This document shows, one piece after another, positions 48,616 through 57,370 of a stretch of 64,000 nt of DNA. Within the stretch, counting starts at the first letter, position 1; every line of letters starts with the position of its first letter. The stretch lies in the sequence record KJ019142.1; one strand, given 5' to 3'. Both the position numbers and the translations under genes were made by a program. The notes beneath the pieces were generated by a model. It was not told where the DNA came from, ran no database searches, and saw only the letters and a program-made list of their open reading frames with translations.

Positions 48616-50760
48616 ATGATCAACCTAGAAGTCAAAGGACAACTAGCGAAGCTCCTAGCAACTGAGGATCTTATTGTGGAACACCGCAATGTAGATACTG
48701 CGATGTTCAATGTGGATACTCGCGTCCTGACTCTTCCTAGGTGGGATAAAGCAAGTAATACCGTATTTGATCTTCTAATCTCACATGAGGTTGGCCACGC
48801 TCTCTTCACTCCTAATGAAGACTGGACTGCTAAGGTATCCTGTCCAAAGATGTTTGTGAATGTAACTGAAGATGCTCGTATTGAGTCTCTGATGAAGCGT
48901 AGGTTTGGTGGACTACCCAAGACTTTCTATAACGGATATAAAGAGTTATACAATGAAGACTTCTTTGGTATTGGTGATGAAGATCCATCTGGTATGCAGA
49001 TTGCAGATAGGGTAAACCTACACTTCAAAGTTGGCAACTTTATCAAGATCCCCTTCACTAAAGAGGAACAGGTTGTTGTTGATCAGATTGCTAGTGCAAA
49101 GACTTTCAAAGACGCATTAGAATCCGCTGAAGCGTTATACGCCCTTCATAAAATAGAGAAAGAAGAGAAGGAGAAAGAGGTGGTGGCACCAATATCAGGT
49201 GATGATGGTGGCGGTGAATCTGATCAAGAAGATACAGATGGTGAGGAAGAAACAATCCAAACAGAAACTGATAGTGGGGTTGAGGGTGGAGATAATACTG
49301 ATGATGAACCAGGAGATTCTGAATCTAATACAGAAGACACAGTAGATAGTTCTGGTGGTGGAGATCAGAGTGATATAGATGATGACATAGTGAAGACTAT
49401 GGAGAATGTGGAGGATAAACTAAAAGATCTAACCAACCCAAACCTCAGTGGTGAACCAATATATCTTACCCACCCTAAGATTGATTTGGATAAAGTTGTT
49501 ATTTCCAATGAAACAGTTCACGAACGCATTGCCAGACACTGGAATATTCGTTTGTCACTACTCAAAACTGAGGATGAATCGAAACTAAAGGAAGTTGAAT
49601 ACTTTATCCATAGGGATTATGGTAGACATGAAGAAAGTTTCAGGAAGTTTAGGAAAGATATTCAACCTGAAGTTAACTATATGGTGAAAGAGTTTGAGTG
49701 TAAGAAGTCCGCAGATGCATACTCACGAGCAACAGTTTCTAAGACTGGTGTTCTGGATTGCACCAAACTACATACTTACAGATACAATGAAGATCTGTTC
49801 AGGAAAGTTACCACTCTCCCTGAAGGTAAGAACCATGGTTTGATATTTGTTCTTGACTGGAGTGGTTCCATGTGTGAGGTTCTTTCCAACACTGTGAAGC
49901 AACTCCTATCACTGGTTATGTTCTGTGATAAAGTTGGTATTCCTTTTGATGTGTATACCTTCACCAATGACTACAACAAATATGATCCATATGCTCCCAG
50001 AGAACTTGGGGAGGTGAATACCTTTGATCTAGGTGGCAATTTCAATATGGTGAATATTCTAACCAGTAAGGTTAACCGTAAGACTCTAACCAAACAGATG
50101 GAGAGAATCTATATGATTGCCGAAATGTTTACCTATGGTAACTATGGATGTGTTCCTGATTGTATGTGCCTCTCAGGAACTCCCCTGAATGAAGCTATCC
50201 TTACTCTTCACTCAATTCTCCCTAAGTTCCAGAGTGAAAACAATGTTCAGAAAACACATATTATCATTCTTACTGATGGTGAAGCGGGTGGTTCTAGATG
50301 TGTAAAGGAAAATAACCAGGAAGGTGGACGTGGTAAGTATGTTAGTCGTTTTGTTGGTAACCATACTTACCTCCGTAATAGGAAAACAGGTGTAACTCGT
50401 AAGATTGAAACCTTTGGTGTTACTAAAGACCTATTAGAAGATCTCCGTGAAACCTTCCCCCACAGCACTTTCACCGGGTTTCGTATTCTAGAAATTGGTG
50501 GTAGTTGGTTTGTTCGTCAGGCTGTTGGTTATGATCAACAGAAACTAACAGAATGGAAAAAGAACAAATCAATTTGTTTAGAAAACCAAGGTTATAATAA
50601 ATACTTTGTTATACAATCAAACAAACTCAAGTATGATACTGAGTTTGATGTTGATGAAGGAGCTACAAAGGCGAAGATCAAATCCTCATTCGCCAAGTCC
50701 CTTAAAGGGAAGAAGAACAACAAACGTATCCTAGGTGATTTTATTGGAATGATCGCCTGA
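48616..50760 (+). CDS. Metallopeptidase-like (HExxH) plus vWA-domain protein (CobT-like partner of the AAA ATPase)
   Basis: Probable start MINLEVKGQLAKLLATE at 48616; HEVGH motif; MIDAS-like DWSGS, GTPLNEA, LTDGE. Confidence 0.8.
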   Translation: MINLEVKGQLAKLLATEDLIVEHRNVDTAMFNVDTRVLTLPRWDKASNTVFDLLISHEVGHALFTPNEDWTAKVSCPKMFVNVTEDARIESLMKRRFGGLPKTFYNGYKELYNEDFFGIGDEDPSGMQIADRVNLHFKVGNFIKIPFTKEEQVVVDQIASAKTFKDALESAEALYALHKIEKEEKEKEVVAPISGDDGGGESDQEDTDGEEETIQTETDSGVEGGDNTDDEPGDSESNTEDTVDSSGGGDQSDIDDDIVKTMENVEDKLKDLTNPNLSGEPIYLTHPKIDLDKVVISNETVHERIARHWNIRLSLLKTEDESKLKEVEYFIHRDYGRHEESFRKFRKDIQPEVNYMVKEFECKKSADAYSRATVSKTGVLDCTKLHTYRYNEDLFRKVTTLPEGKNHGLIFVLDWSGSMCEVLSNTVKQLLSLVMFCDKVGIPFDVYTFTNDYNKYDPYAPRELGEVNTFDLGGNFNMVNILTSKVNRKTLTKQMERIYMIAEMFTYGNYGCVPDCMCLSGTPLNEAILTLHSILPKFQSENNVQKTHIIILTDGEAGGSRCVKENNQEGGRGKYVSRFVGNHTYLRNRKTGVTRKIETFGVTKDLLEDLRETFPHSTFTGFRILEIGGSWFVRQAVGYDQQKLTEWKKNKSICLENQGYNKYFVIQSNKLKYDTEFDVDEGATKAKIKSSFAKSLKGKKNNKRILGDFIGMIA

Positions 50761-50792
50761 TGTGACACTCCACAAACTGGCACAATGGGGGG

Positions 50793-50820
50793 TTGCAGGA
50801 ATCCCCTTCCCGTGTATAAT
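50793..50820 (+). promoter_or_regulatory. sigma70-type early promoter TTGCAG-N16-TATAAT
   Basis: -35 and TG-extended -10 upstream of the AAA gene. Confidence 0.65.
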
Positions 50821-50853
50821 AGTTGTATACCAAACAAGGAAACCACAAACTCA

Positions 50854-51987
50854 ATGGCCCGACTCGCTATGACAACTGATCAAATTGTTGAGAAACTGAA
50901 AGAGACCTATGGTGAGAACGTAACTACAGCTGAACTCAAAGCCTTCTGTGCTATGAATGATTGTGGTTACCCTACAGTCACTCGTCGATTGGAAGAATAT
51001 AAGTCTGGTCGTGGTCGTTGGAATCTAACCCTAAACGAGAAGTTGGAACAAACCTATCAAGGACCATCTGGTGTCCCTGCTGTTATGGATATTTCAGAAA
51101 CAAACCTTGTTCCAGACAAAGATAGTAACTTTGTTTCATTCGGTAACTTCACTGATTTGAAACAAGTCATCAAGTCTGGTATCTTCTATCCTACCTTTAT
51201 CACTGGTTTATCTGGTAACGGAAAAACCTTTGGTGTAGAACAAGCTTGTGCTCAACTTGGTAGGGAACTGATTCGAGTAAATATTACAATTGAAACCGAT
51301 GAAGACGATCTTATTGGTGGTTTCCGTCTCATTGATGGTGCTACTGTTTGGCATAATGGTCCAGTCATCGAGGCTCTGGAACGGGGAGCTGTTCTTCTTC
51401 TAGATGAGATTGATCTGGCTTCTAACAAGATTCTTTGTCTTCAATCTATCCTAGAAGGTAAGGGAGTATTCCTCAAGAAGATTGGTAAGTTTGTGAGACC
51501 TACCAATGGGTTCAACGTGATTGCAACCGCAAACACAAAAGGTAAGGGTTCTGACGATGGTAGGTTTATTGGAACTAATGTTCTGAATGAAGCATTCCTA
51601 GAACGTTTCCCTGTAACCTTTGAGCAGGAATATCCAGTAGCATCAGTAGAAACTAAACTCCTGAAGAAGTATGCTTCTTCATTGGGTATCGTAGATGATA
51701 AGTTTTGTAAGTATCTGGCAGACTGGGGTGATATCATCCGTAAAACATTCTATGATGGTGGTGTAGATGAGGTTATCTCCACACGACGTTTGGTTCACAT
51801 CCTTCGAGCATACAGTATCTTTGATGACAAATCAAAGGCAGTTGCTATCTGTCTAAACAGGTTTGATGATGAAACCAAACAAGCCTTTATGGATCTTTAC
51901 GACAAGATTGACAACGAAGTCACCTTTCAATTTGGTGAAGGTACAGATAACGTTCAGTACTCTGAAACACCAGATACAAACTTCTAA
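50854..51987 (+). CDS. cobS: MoxR/CobS-like AAA+ ATPase
   Basis: Probable start MARLAMTT at 50854; Walker A GLSGNGKT; Walker B LLLDEID; NEAFLERF; ISTRRL. Confidence 0.88.
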   Translation: MARLAMTTDQIVEKLKETYGENVTTAELKAFCAMNDCGYPTVTRRLEEYKSGRGRWNLTLNEKLEQTYQGPSGVPAVMDISETNLVPDKDSNFVSFGNFTDLKQVIKSGIFYPTFITGLSGNGKTFGVEQACAQLGRELIRVNITIETDEDDLIGGFRLIDGATVWHNGPVIEALERGAVLLLDEIDLASNKILCLQSILEGKGVFLKKIGKFVRPTNGFNVIATANTKGKGSDDGRFIGTNVLNEAFLERFPVTFEQEYPVASVETKLLKKYASSLGIVDDKFCKYLADWGDIIRKTFYDGGVDEVISTRRLVHILRAYSIFDDKSKAVAICLNRFDDETKQAFMDLYDKIDNEVTFQFGEGTDNVQYSETPDTNF

Positions 51988-52428
51988 ATGATTTATCCTA
52001 CTATGAACTCCTGGTCTATGTTATTCGATGAAATTGGTGAAATCAATTTTGATGACTCCGAATACACTGAAGACGTTATTATTCAACCCAACACTATGAA
52101 AGAAACAACTAAAGACGAAACATTCTGGAGGTATGATGAGGGTAAAATTCTCCGTGAAGTAGAAGCTTACCTCTCAAGTACATACAAAGGTCACTACGTT
52201 GGGGGTGAAACCAAAATCCAAACTCTAGATCTTATTGATTCTATTGGTGATTCTGAATCATTCTGTAGATCTAACGCAATCAAATACCTCTCTAGGTTTG
52301 GGAAGAAGGAGGGCAAAAACCAGAAGGATCTCCTAAAGGTTATTCACTATGCCATCCTCCTTTACCACTTCGCAGGACTACCCTTCACAGAAGATGCTGT
52401 GGAAACTCACTCGCCTACTGGGCGTTAA
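51988..52428 (+). CDS. Conserved hypothetical protein (DUF3310-like)
   Basis: YKGHY...IQTLDLIDSIG...FCRSNAIKYLSRFGKKEG.N.KDLLKVIHYA. Confidence 0.7.
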   Translation: MIYPTMNSWSMLFDEIGEINFDDSEYTEDVIIQPNTMKETTKDETFWRYDEGKILREVEAYLSSTYKGHYVGGETKIQTLDLIDSIGDSESFCRSNAIKYLSRFGKKEGKNQKDLLKVIHYAILLYHFAGLPFTEDAVETHSPTGR

Positions 52429-52438
52429 CCCATATCTG

Positions 52439-52447
52439 TGGTATAAT
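52439..52447 (+). promoter_or_regulatory. Extended -10 promoter (TGGTATAAT) for g45
   Basis: TGn plus TATAAT in the intergenic gap. Confidence 0.6.
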
Positions 52448-52484
52448 ACACAGGAAACCATCTCATCCTTTATCTTTTATATTA

Positions 52485-53153
52485 ATGAAACTATCTGACG
52501 AAACTATTGCAGTGTTGAAGAACTTCTCTTCTATCAACCAGAGCATCATTGTTGGTGAGGGTAACACCCTAAGAACTATTTCTGTCATGAAAAACATATT
52601 GGCAGAAGCAACAGTCTCTGAGAACTTTGAGAAGTCCTTTGCTATCTACGACCTCAATGAGTTTCTAAATGGTTTATCACTTCATGACAACTACGCATTG
52701 GATTTCACCAATGATACATTCGTTGTTATCCGTGAAGGTCGTCGCCGTGTGAACTATCACTTCGCAGACCCTGAAGTTATTGTTGCTCCACCTGATAAGC
52801 AACTCCAACTTCCCTCTGAGGATGTATGTTTCCAATTGGATCACAGCCAACTCCTACAACTAGTGAAAGCTGCTTCTATCTACAAACTCCCTGATCTATC
52901 TGTTGTTGGTGAGAATGGTACTATCTCCCTAGTTGTTCGTGATAAGAAGAACGACTCATCCAATGTGTATTCTGTGGATGTTGGTGAGACTACCGATGAC
53001 TTCACCTTCAACTTCAAGGTTGAGAATACTAACAAGATTCTCGCTGGTAACTATGATGTAGTTATCTCCCAGAAACTACTCGCCAAGTTCACTGGACAGA
53101 AGAACAATGTTGAGTATTTTATCGCTTTAGAACCAGACAGCACCTTTGGGTGA
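52485..53153 (+). CDS. g45: Sliding clamp gp45
   Basis: MKLSDETIAVLKNFSSINQSI; FAIYDLNEFL; YFIALEPDS. Confidence 0.96.
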   Translation: MKLSDETIAVLKNFSSINQSIIVGEGNTLRTISVMKNILAEATVSENFEKSFAIYDLNEFLNGLSLHDNYALDFTNDTFVVIREGRRRVNYHFADPEVIVAPPDKQLQLPSEDVCFQLDHSQLLQLVKAASIYKLPDLSVVGENGTISLVVRDKKNDSSNVYSVDVGETTDDFTFNFKVENTNKILAGNYDVVISQKLLAKFTGQKNNVEYFIALEPDSTFG

Positions 53154-53159
53154 TATTAT

Positions 53160-53184
53160 GGGAGGGTAACACCTCCCTTTTTTT
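53160..53184 (+). terminator. Rho-independent terminator after g45
   Basis: GGGAGG-gtaaca-CCTCCC followed by TTTTTTT. Confidence 0.88.
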
Positions 53185-53712
53185 ATGAACATATTCGTCA
53201 CAGATCACTCACCCTATGCTAGTGCAGTTGTATTACCTGACCGCCATGTAAATAAAATGGGTTTAGAAGCATGTCAGATGGTGGCTATCATCTACTCTCA
53301 CTGGTATTACAACTGGGGTGAGATACACAAAGCGAACGGAGAACCATACTCTACTGAGAAGGGTGCGTTTCGCAACCACCCCTGCACCAAGTGGGCGGCA
53401 GAGAGTATGTACAACACAGCCTGGTTGATCGCTCATGGTCTAGCACTCTGTACTGAATACACTGCTAGGTATGGTAAAGTTCACTCTTGTGCTAAGACCT
53501 TGTTTGAAGCCAAGAAGATGTTCCATAGATACACTGGTGAGACCATCCTATGTTACAATATGGTGGAGGATTTCACCCGTGCCATGCCTGATGAGTTCAA
53601 GCTTGACACTGGTATCTCTACCTTTGATGCGTATAAGATGTATATTTCATCCAAACCTTGGGTGAAAGACAACTATCTCCGCAAACCTGAACGCAAACCC
53701 TCTTGGGTTTGA
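53185..53712 (+). CDS. Pyrimidine-dimer DNA glycosylase (DenV-related) family protein
   Basis: MNIFVTD...DRHVNKMGLEACQM; HPCTKWAAES; EYTARYGKVH; RKPSW. Confidence 0.75.
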   Translation: MNIFVTDHSPYASAVVLPDRHVNKMGLEACQMVAIIYSHWYYNWGEIHKANGEPYSTEKGAFRNHPCTKWAAESMYNTAWLIAHGLALCTEYTARYGKVHSCAKTLFEAKKMFHRYTGETILCYNMVEDFTRAMPDEFKLDTGISTFDAYKMYISSKPWVKDNYLRKPERKPSWV

Positions 53713-53733
53713 TTACTTTATTATCTTTTTATT

Positions 53734-54684
53734 ATGAACGAACGCACTGATTTCCTATGGACAGAGAAATACCGCCCACAGGTTATTGATGATTGTATTC
53801 TCCCCGATCACGTAAAGAATACATTCAAGGAGTTTGTTGCTAAGGGTGAGATCCCTAACCTCTTGTTATCTGGTCCTCCTGGTATTGGTAAGACCACAAT
53901 TGCCAAAGCTCTTTGTAATGAGATTGGTGCCGACTACTATGTAATCAATGGATCCGATGAGGGAAGATTCCTTGATACAGTCCGTAACCAAGCAAAGAAC
54001 TTTGCTTCCACAATGTCCCTTACCTCGGAAGCAAAACACAAGGTCATCATTATCGATGAGGCAGATAACACAGGTAGTGATGTTCAGATGTTGCTTCGTG
54101 CAAACATCGAGGCATTCTACAAGAACTGTCGTTTCATCTTTACCTGCAACTATAAGAACAAGATCATTGAACCCCTCCACAGTAGGTGTGCAGTGGTTGA
54201 GTTCTCCGCTAAGGGTAAGGATAGACAACAGATCGCCGCGTCCTTCTTCCAGAGACTCTCTGGTATCCTAGAGAAGGAACATGTAGAGGCTGACAAAAAG
54301 GTTCTGGTAGAACTAGTTCAGAAACACTTCCCTGACTTCAGGAGGGTTCTAAATGAGGTTCAGAGGTATTCCAGTAGTGGTAAGATCGACTCTGGTATCC
54401 TAGCAACCTTCTCTGAAGTTAAGGTAGAGGACCTTATCAAACACCTTCGTGAGAAGAACTTTGTTGAAGTCCGTAAGTGGGTTGTTGCTAACTTAGATAA
54501 CGATACTAATAGTATCCTCCGTAAGTTATACGACACCCTATCTACACAACTAAAAGGTCCTTCCATCGCTGCTGCTGTATTGGTTATCGCCAAGTATCAG
54601 TACCAGGGAGCCTTTGTAGCTGACCAGGAGATTAACCTCCTAGCAGCTCTAACCGAAATTATGATTGAATGTGAGTTTTCTTAA
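53734..54684 (+). CDS. g44: Clamp loader large subunit gp44
   Basis: LWTEKYRP; GPPGIGKT; IIDEAD; PLHSRC; FPDFRR. Confidence 0.96.
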   Translation: MNERTDFLWTEKYRPQVIDDCILPDHVKNTFKEFVAKGEIPNLLLSGPPGIGKTTIAKALCNEIGADYYVINGSDEGRFLDTVRNQAKNFASTMSLTSEAKHKVIIIDEADNTGSDVQMLLRANIEAFYKNCRFIFTCNYKNKIIEPLHSRCAVVEFSAKGKDRQQIAASFFQRLSGILEKEHVEADKKVLVELVQKHFPDFRRVLNEVQRYSSSGKIDSGILATFSEVKVEDLIKHLREKNFVEVRKWVVANLDNDTNSILRKLYDTLSTQLKGPSIAAAVLVIAKYQYQGAFVADQEINLLAALTEIMIECEFS

Positions 54685-54686
54685 TT

Positions 54687-54977
54687 ATGAATGTTAAACT
54701 AATCCGTATGAATTCCGGCGAAGATGTTATCGCCGACCTCATCAGTGAGACTGATGATACACTAGTTCTATCCAACCCTATTGTTTTAGTTCCTGGTCAA
54801 GGTGGAACACTGGGTTTCGCCCCATGGTCACCAGTTCTCTCCCCAGATGTTAAGGAGATTACAATCAAGTCCAGCTACATTGTATTCATGAGTGAGCCAA
54901 ATGAGGATGTAGTGGATAACTACAACCAAATCTTTTCCCCCATTGTCACACCAAGCAGTAAAGGATTAATCTTATGA
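54687..54977 (+). CDS. Conserved hypothetical protein (Sm-like fold suspected)
   Basis: MNVKLIRMNSGEDVIADLI...GFAPWSP. Confidence 0.7.
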   Translation: MNVKLIRMNSGEDVIADLISETDDTLVLSNPIVLVPGQGGTLGFAPWSPVLSPDVKEITIKSSYIVFMSEPNEDVVDNYNQIFSPIVTPSSKGLIL

Positions 54978-55216
54978 TGGATACAGTTGTACTCTATACA
55001 AACAACGGTCAAGAGTCGGAGAGAATCCAACAACTACTGACTAGTGTAGGTGGTGAGTTTCATATCTATACCTTAGATCAAGACTTCACACAGGACCAAT
55101 TCCGTAAGGAGTTTGGTGTATCTGCGGAATACCCACAGGTCGCCATAGGTTATAATCATATTGGGGGTCTCAAGGAAACCCTACATTATCTAACGGACGA
55201 AGGACTTATTAAATGA
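54974..55216 (+). CDS. Glutaredoxin-fold protein lacking cysteines
   Basis: EYPQV.IG..HIGG cis-Pro and GG motifs of Grx; no Cys in the sequence. Confidence 0.65.
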   Translation: MMDTVVLYTNNGQESERIQQLLTSVGGEFHIYTLDQDFTQDQFRKEFGVSAEYPQVAIGYNHIGGLKETLHYLTDEGLIK

Positions 55217-55623
55217 CCCTGGAACTCAAAGACTGGTTGAATAGTTTAAACATGAGTAAGGAAGACCTTATTGATGGAGATCCTGATGTGGAGAAAGAGT
55301 ATCCACCATTCATTGTCAATAAGTGTATGTCTGGTCAGATGGACGCACTTATGTTTGCTAATGAGATGAATAAGTTCCCCTCACTAGATAAAAAGTTACA
55401 ATATGATTTTTATCTAAATAGTTTGCGGAAGAGAAAGCGTTTCTCTCCTTGGTTAAGGAAGGATAAGATTAAACACCTTGAGACCGTTCGTAAGTTTTAT
55501 GGCTTTTCCACTGAAAAAGCAGAACAAGCTTTGAATATTTTATCCAATGAACAACTTGACTTTATCTATGATAAGCTTGACACTGGGGGAACCAAACCAT
55601 GCAAACGGACGAAAGGGGGGTAG
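55213..55623 (+). CDS. g62: Clamp loader small subunit gp62
   Basis: YPPFIVNKCMS; ANEMN; LQYDFYLNSLRKRKRFSPW. Confidence 0.93.
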   Translation: MTLELKDWLNSLNMSKEDLIDGDPDVEKEYPPFIVNKCMSGQMDALMFANEMNKFPSLDKKLQYDFYLNSLRKRKRFSPWLRKDKIKHLETVRKFYGFSTEKAEQALNILSNEQLDFIYDKLDTGGTKPCKRTKGG

Positions 55624-56027
55624 TATCTTGGGACCCCTCATATATGATAGAAGTATTTTTGTCAGAACCTGACGACTTCTTAAAAGTAAGAGAAACTCTT
55701 ACTCGTATTGGTGTGGCATCTCGCAAAGAGAAGAAGATATATCAGTCTTGTCATATTCTACATAAACAGGGAAGATACTTTATAGTTCATTTTAAGGAAC
55801 TCTTTGCCCTTGATGGTAAGCATACTACAATTACCTTGAATGATATACAGAGACGCAATCGTATTGTTAAACTACTATCCGATTGGAACTTGATTGAAGT
55901 TTCGGATAGTATCGATATTACAGATGTTGCCCCTCTGAATCAAATAAAGGTTCTCTCATATAAAGAAAAGGAAGACTGGATACTGGAACCGAAATATAAC
56001 ATTGGAAGTGTGAAACGTTCAGAATAA
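55599..56027 (+). CDS. regA: Translational repressor RegA
   Basis: PDDFLKVRETLTRIGVASRK...YQSCHILHKQGRYFIVHFKELFALDG. Confidence 0.96.
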   Translation: MQTDERGVVSWDPSYMIEVFLSEPDDFLKVRETLTRIGVASRKEKKIYQSCHILHKQGRYFIVHFKELFALDGKHTTITLNDIQRRNRIVKLLSDWNLIEVSDSIDITDVAPLNQIKVLSYKEKEDWILEPKYNIGSVKRSE

Positions 56028-56033
56028 CAGGGA

Positions 56034-56059
56034 GGGGGGGTATCCACACCCCCTTTTTT
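56034..56059 (+). terminator. Terminator after regA
   Basis: GGGGGT-atccac-ACCCCC followed by TTTTTT. Confidence 0.85.
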
Positions 56060-56071
56060 GTGCCTAATCTG

Positions 56072-56137
56072 ATAAATAGATGAGTAGTCGCCACTCAGGG
56101 ACTACACCTTATACATCTCGCTTATTAGGAGAAACAC
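56072..56137 (+). promoter_or_regulatory. Late promoter (ATAAATA) plus two-hairpin, ROSE-like 5' leader of hsp20
   Basis: Hairpin 1 is GTAGTC...GACTAC; hairpin 2 is TCTC(G)CT-TATT-AGGAGA, which pairs over the SD. Confidence 0.65.
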
Positions 56138-56581
56138 ATGTCTGGATTAGCACGCTATTATGGTTCTGGGGATATTGAGAAGTTCCTCAAGGACGTTGAT
56201 AAGTATTCAATCGGAATGGATGAATGGTTCCATAGGTTCGGAGCACTTCACCAAACAGAAGCAAACTACCCACCCTACAACGTTATTCAGGAGAATGCAG
56301 TCTCCTATCGTGTGGAGGTTGCAGTTGCTGGATTTGCAACAAAAGAACTAGAAGTATTCACAGAGAACAACAAACTCTACGTGGAGGGTCAGAAGGAACT
56401 GGCAGAGCCTAAGGAGGGTGAGTCCTATGTTCATCGTGGGGTGGCTGCAAGGTCCTTCAAGAGGGTCTGGACCATCTCTGATGACGTGGAAGTGAAGGAC
56501 GTGGAGGTTTCCAATGGTCTCCTCACCATCCGACTCTCTCGTATCGTTCCTGACCACCAGAAGAGACGTTCCTATCTCTGA
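56138..56581 (+). CDS. hsp20: Small heat-shock protein Hsp20 (IbpA-like)
   Basis: NYPPYNV; EVAVAGF; YVHRGVAARSFKRVWTISDDVEV; NGLLTIRL..IVPDHQK. Confidence 0.95.
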   Translation: MSGLARYYGSGDIEKFLKDVDKYSIGMDEWFHRFGALHQTEANYPPYNVIQENAVSYRVEVAVAGFATKELEVFTENNKLYVEGQKELAEPKEGESYVHRGVAARSFKRVWTISDDVEVKDVEVSNGLLTIRLSRIVPDHQKRRSYL

Positions 56582-56643
56582 CCTATATATCAGTGAGACT
56601 ATTTTCTCTGGGAGTATTGATCTCCCAAATATCGTCGCACCTG

Positions 56644-56694
56644 GGGGGTCCTGTCACAAAACAGGGTTGCCCCCTTTTTGGTGCATGTTATAAT
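56644..56694 (+). terminator. Nested-hairpin terminator after hsp20, overlapping a sigma70 promoter (TTGCCC-N16-TATAAT)
   Basis: GGGGG..CCTGT-cacaaa-ACAGG..CCCCC followed by TTTTT, then TGTTATAAT at 56686-56694. Confidence 0.65.
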
Positions 56695-56709
56695 ATAGTA
56701 TAAACTAAA

Positions 56710-57096
56710 ATGAACAATGATTATGATAGGGAACTTCCTTCCCCAACCGGATCTACGGGGGCAGTTGAACTAATGATTGAATCTATTGACTTGATGAGCA
56801 ACAATGATCCAGTAGTAAAACTAGTTCTACTGAAGAATAATGAAACTATTATTGCTGAGGTTCGTGAGAGTATCGATGGAAGTAGTGTTCAGCTCATTGA
56901 TCCTCGTGTAGTTCTACTACAGGCAGCAAGACCATCTGATGACGGACAGACTACAACAACTGCCATCTCATATACCGACTGGTTACCTTTGTCTGAGAGT
57001 AGAAACTTCACTATTGATGGTGATTATGTGGTCCTTATCACTGATCCCATTGAAAGTTTAGTACAAAGTTATACACAGGCACGACAAAATGGATGA
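56710..57096 (+). CDS. Conserved hypothetical protein (start uncertain)
   Basis: VKLVLLKNNETIIAEV...WLPLS.....I..DYVV.ITDP; usual pre-g43 position. Confidence 0.7.
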   Translation: MNNDYDRELPSPTGSTGAVELMIESIDLMSNNDPVVKLVLLKNNETIIAEVRESIDGSSVQLIDPRVVLLQAARPSDDGQTTTTAISYTDWLPLSESRNFTIDGDYVVLITDPIESLVQSYTQARQNG

Positions 57097-57370
57097 AACT
57101 ATTAGAGTATTGGTCTTGACCAATGGAAAAGTCCTTATCAGTAAGATCGAAGAGATAGGAGGTGCTGATATCGGGGAGCCAGACTGCCGTCTAACCGACC
57201 CAGTATGGTATAATGATGAGGTGGAGGAAATGACCGAAGGGTTCAAACGCTTTCCTGGTAAGGGGATCACACCCGATACCAAGTTGGCCATCTCTTCTGT
57301 CAATATCTTGACTCTGGTTACCCCAGATAATAAACTCCTCAGTGAATACCTCGTGTTTATTAGTGATTAA
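57089..57370 (+). CDS. Conserved hypothetical protein
   Basis: IRVLVLTNGKVLISKIEEIG.ADIGEPDCRLTDP; overlaps its neighbours. Confidence 0.7.
   Translation: MDETIRVLVLTNGKVLISKIEEIGGADIGEPDCRLTDPVWYNDEVEEMTEGFKRFPGKGITPDTKLAISSVNILTLVTPDNKLLSEYLVFISD

Noticed and set aside
50785-50853. Track start of the 400-aa AAA ORF
   Set aside because: The region contains the promoter; the ATG at 50854 with upstream AAGGA is more plausible.
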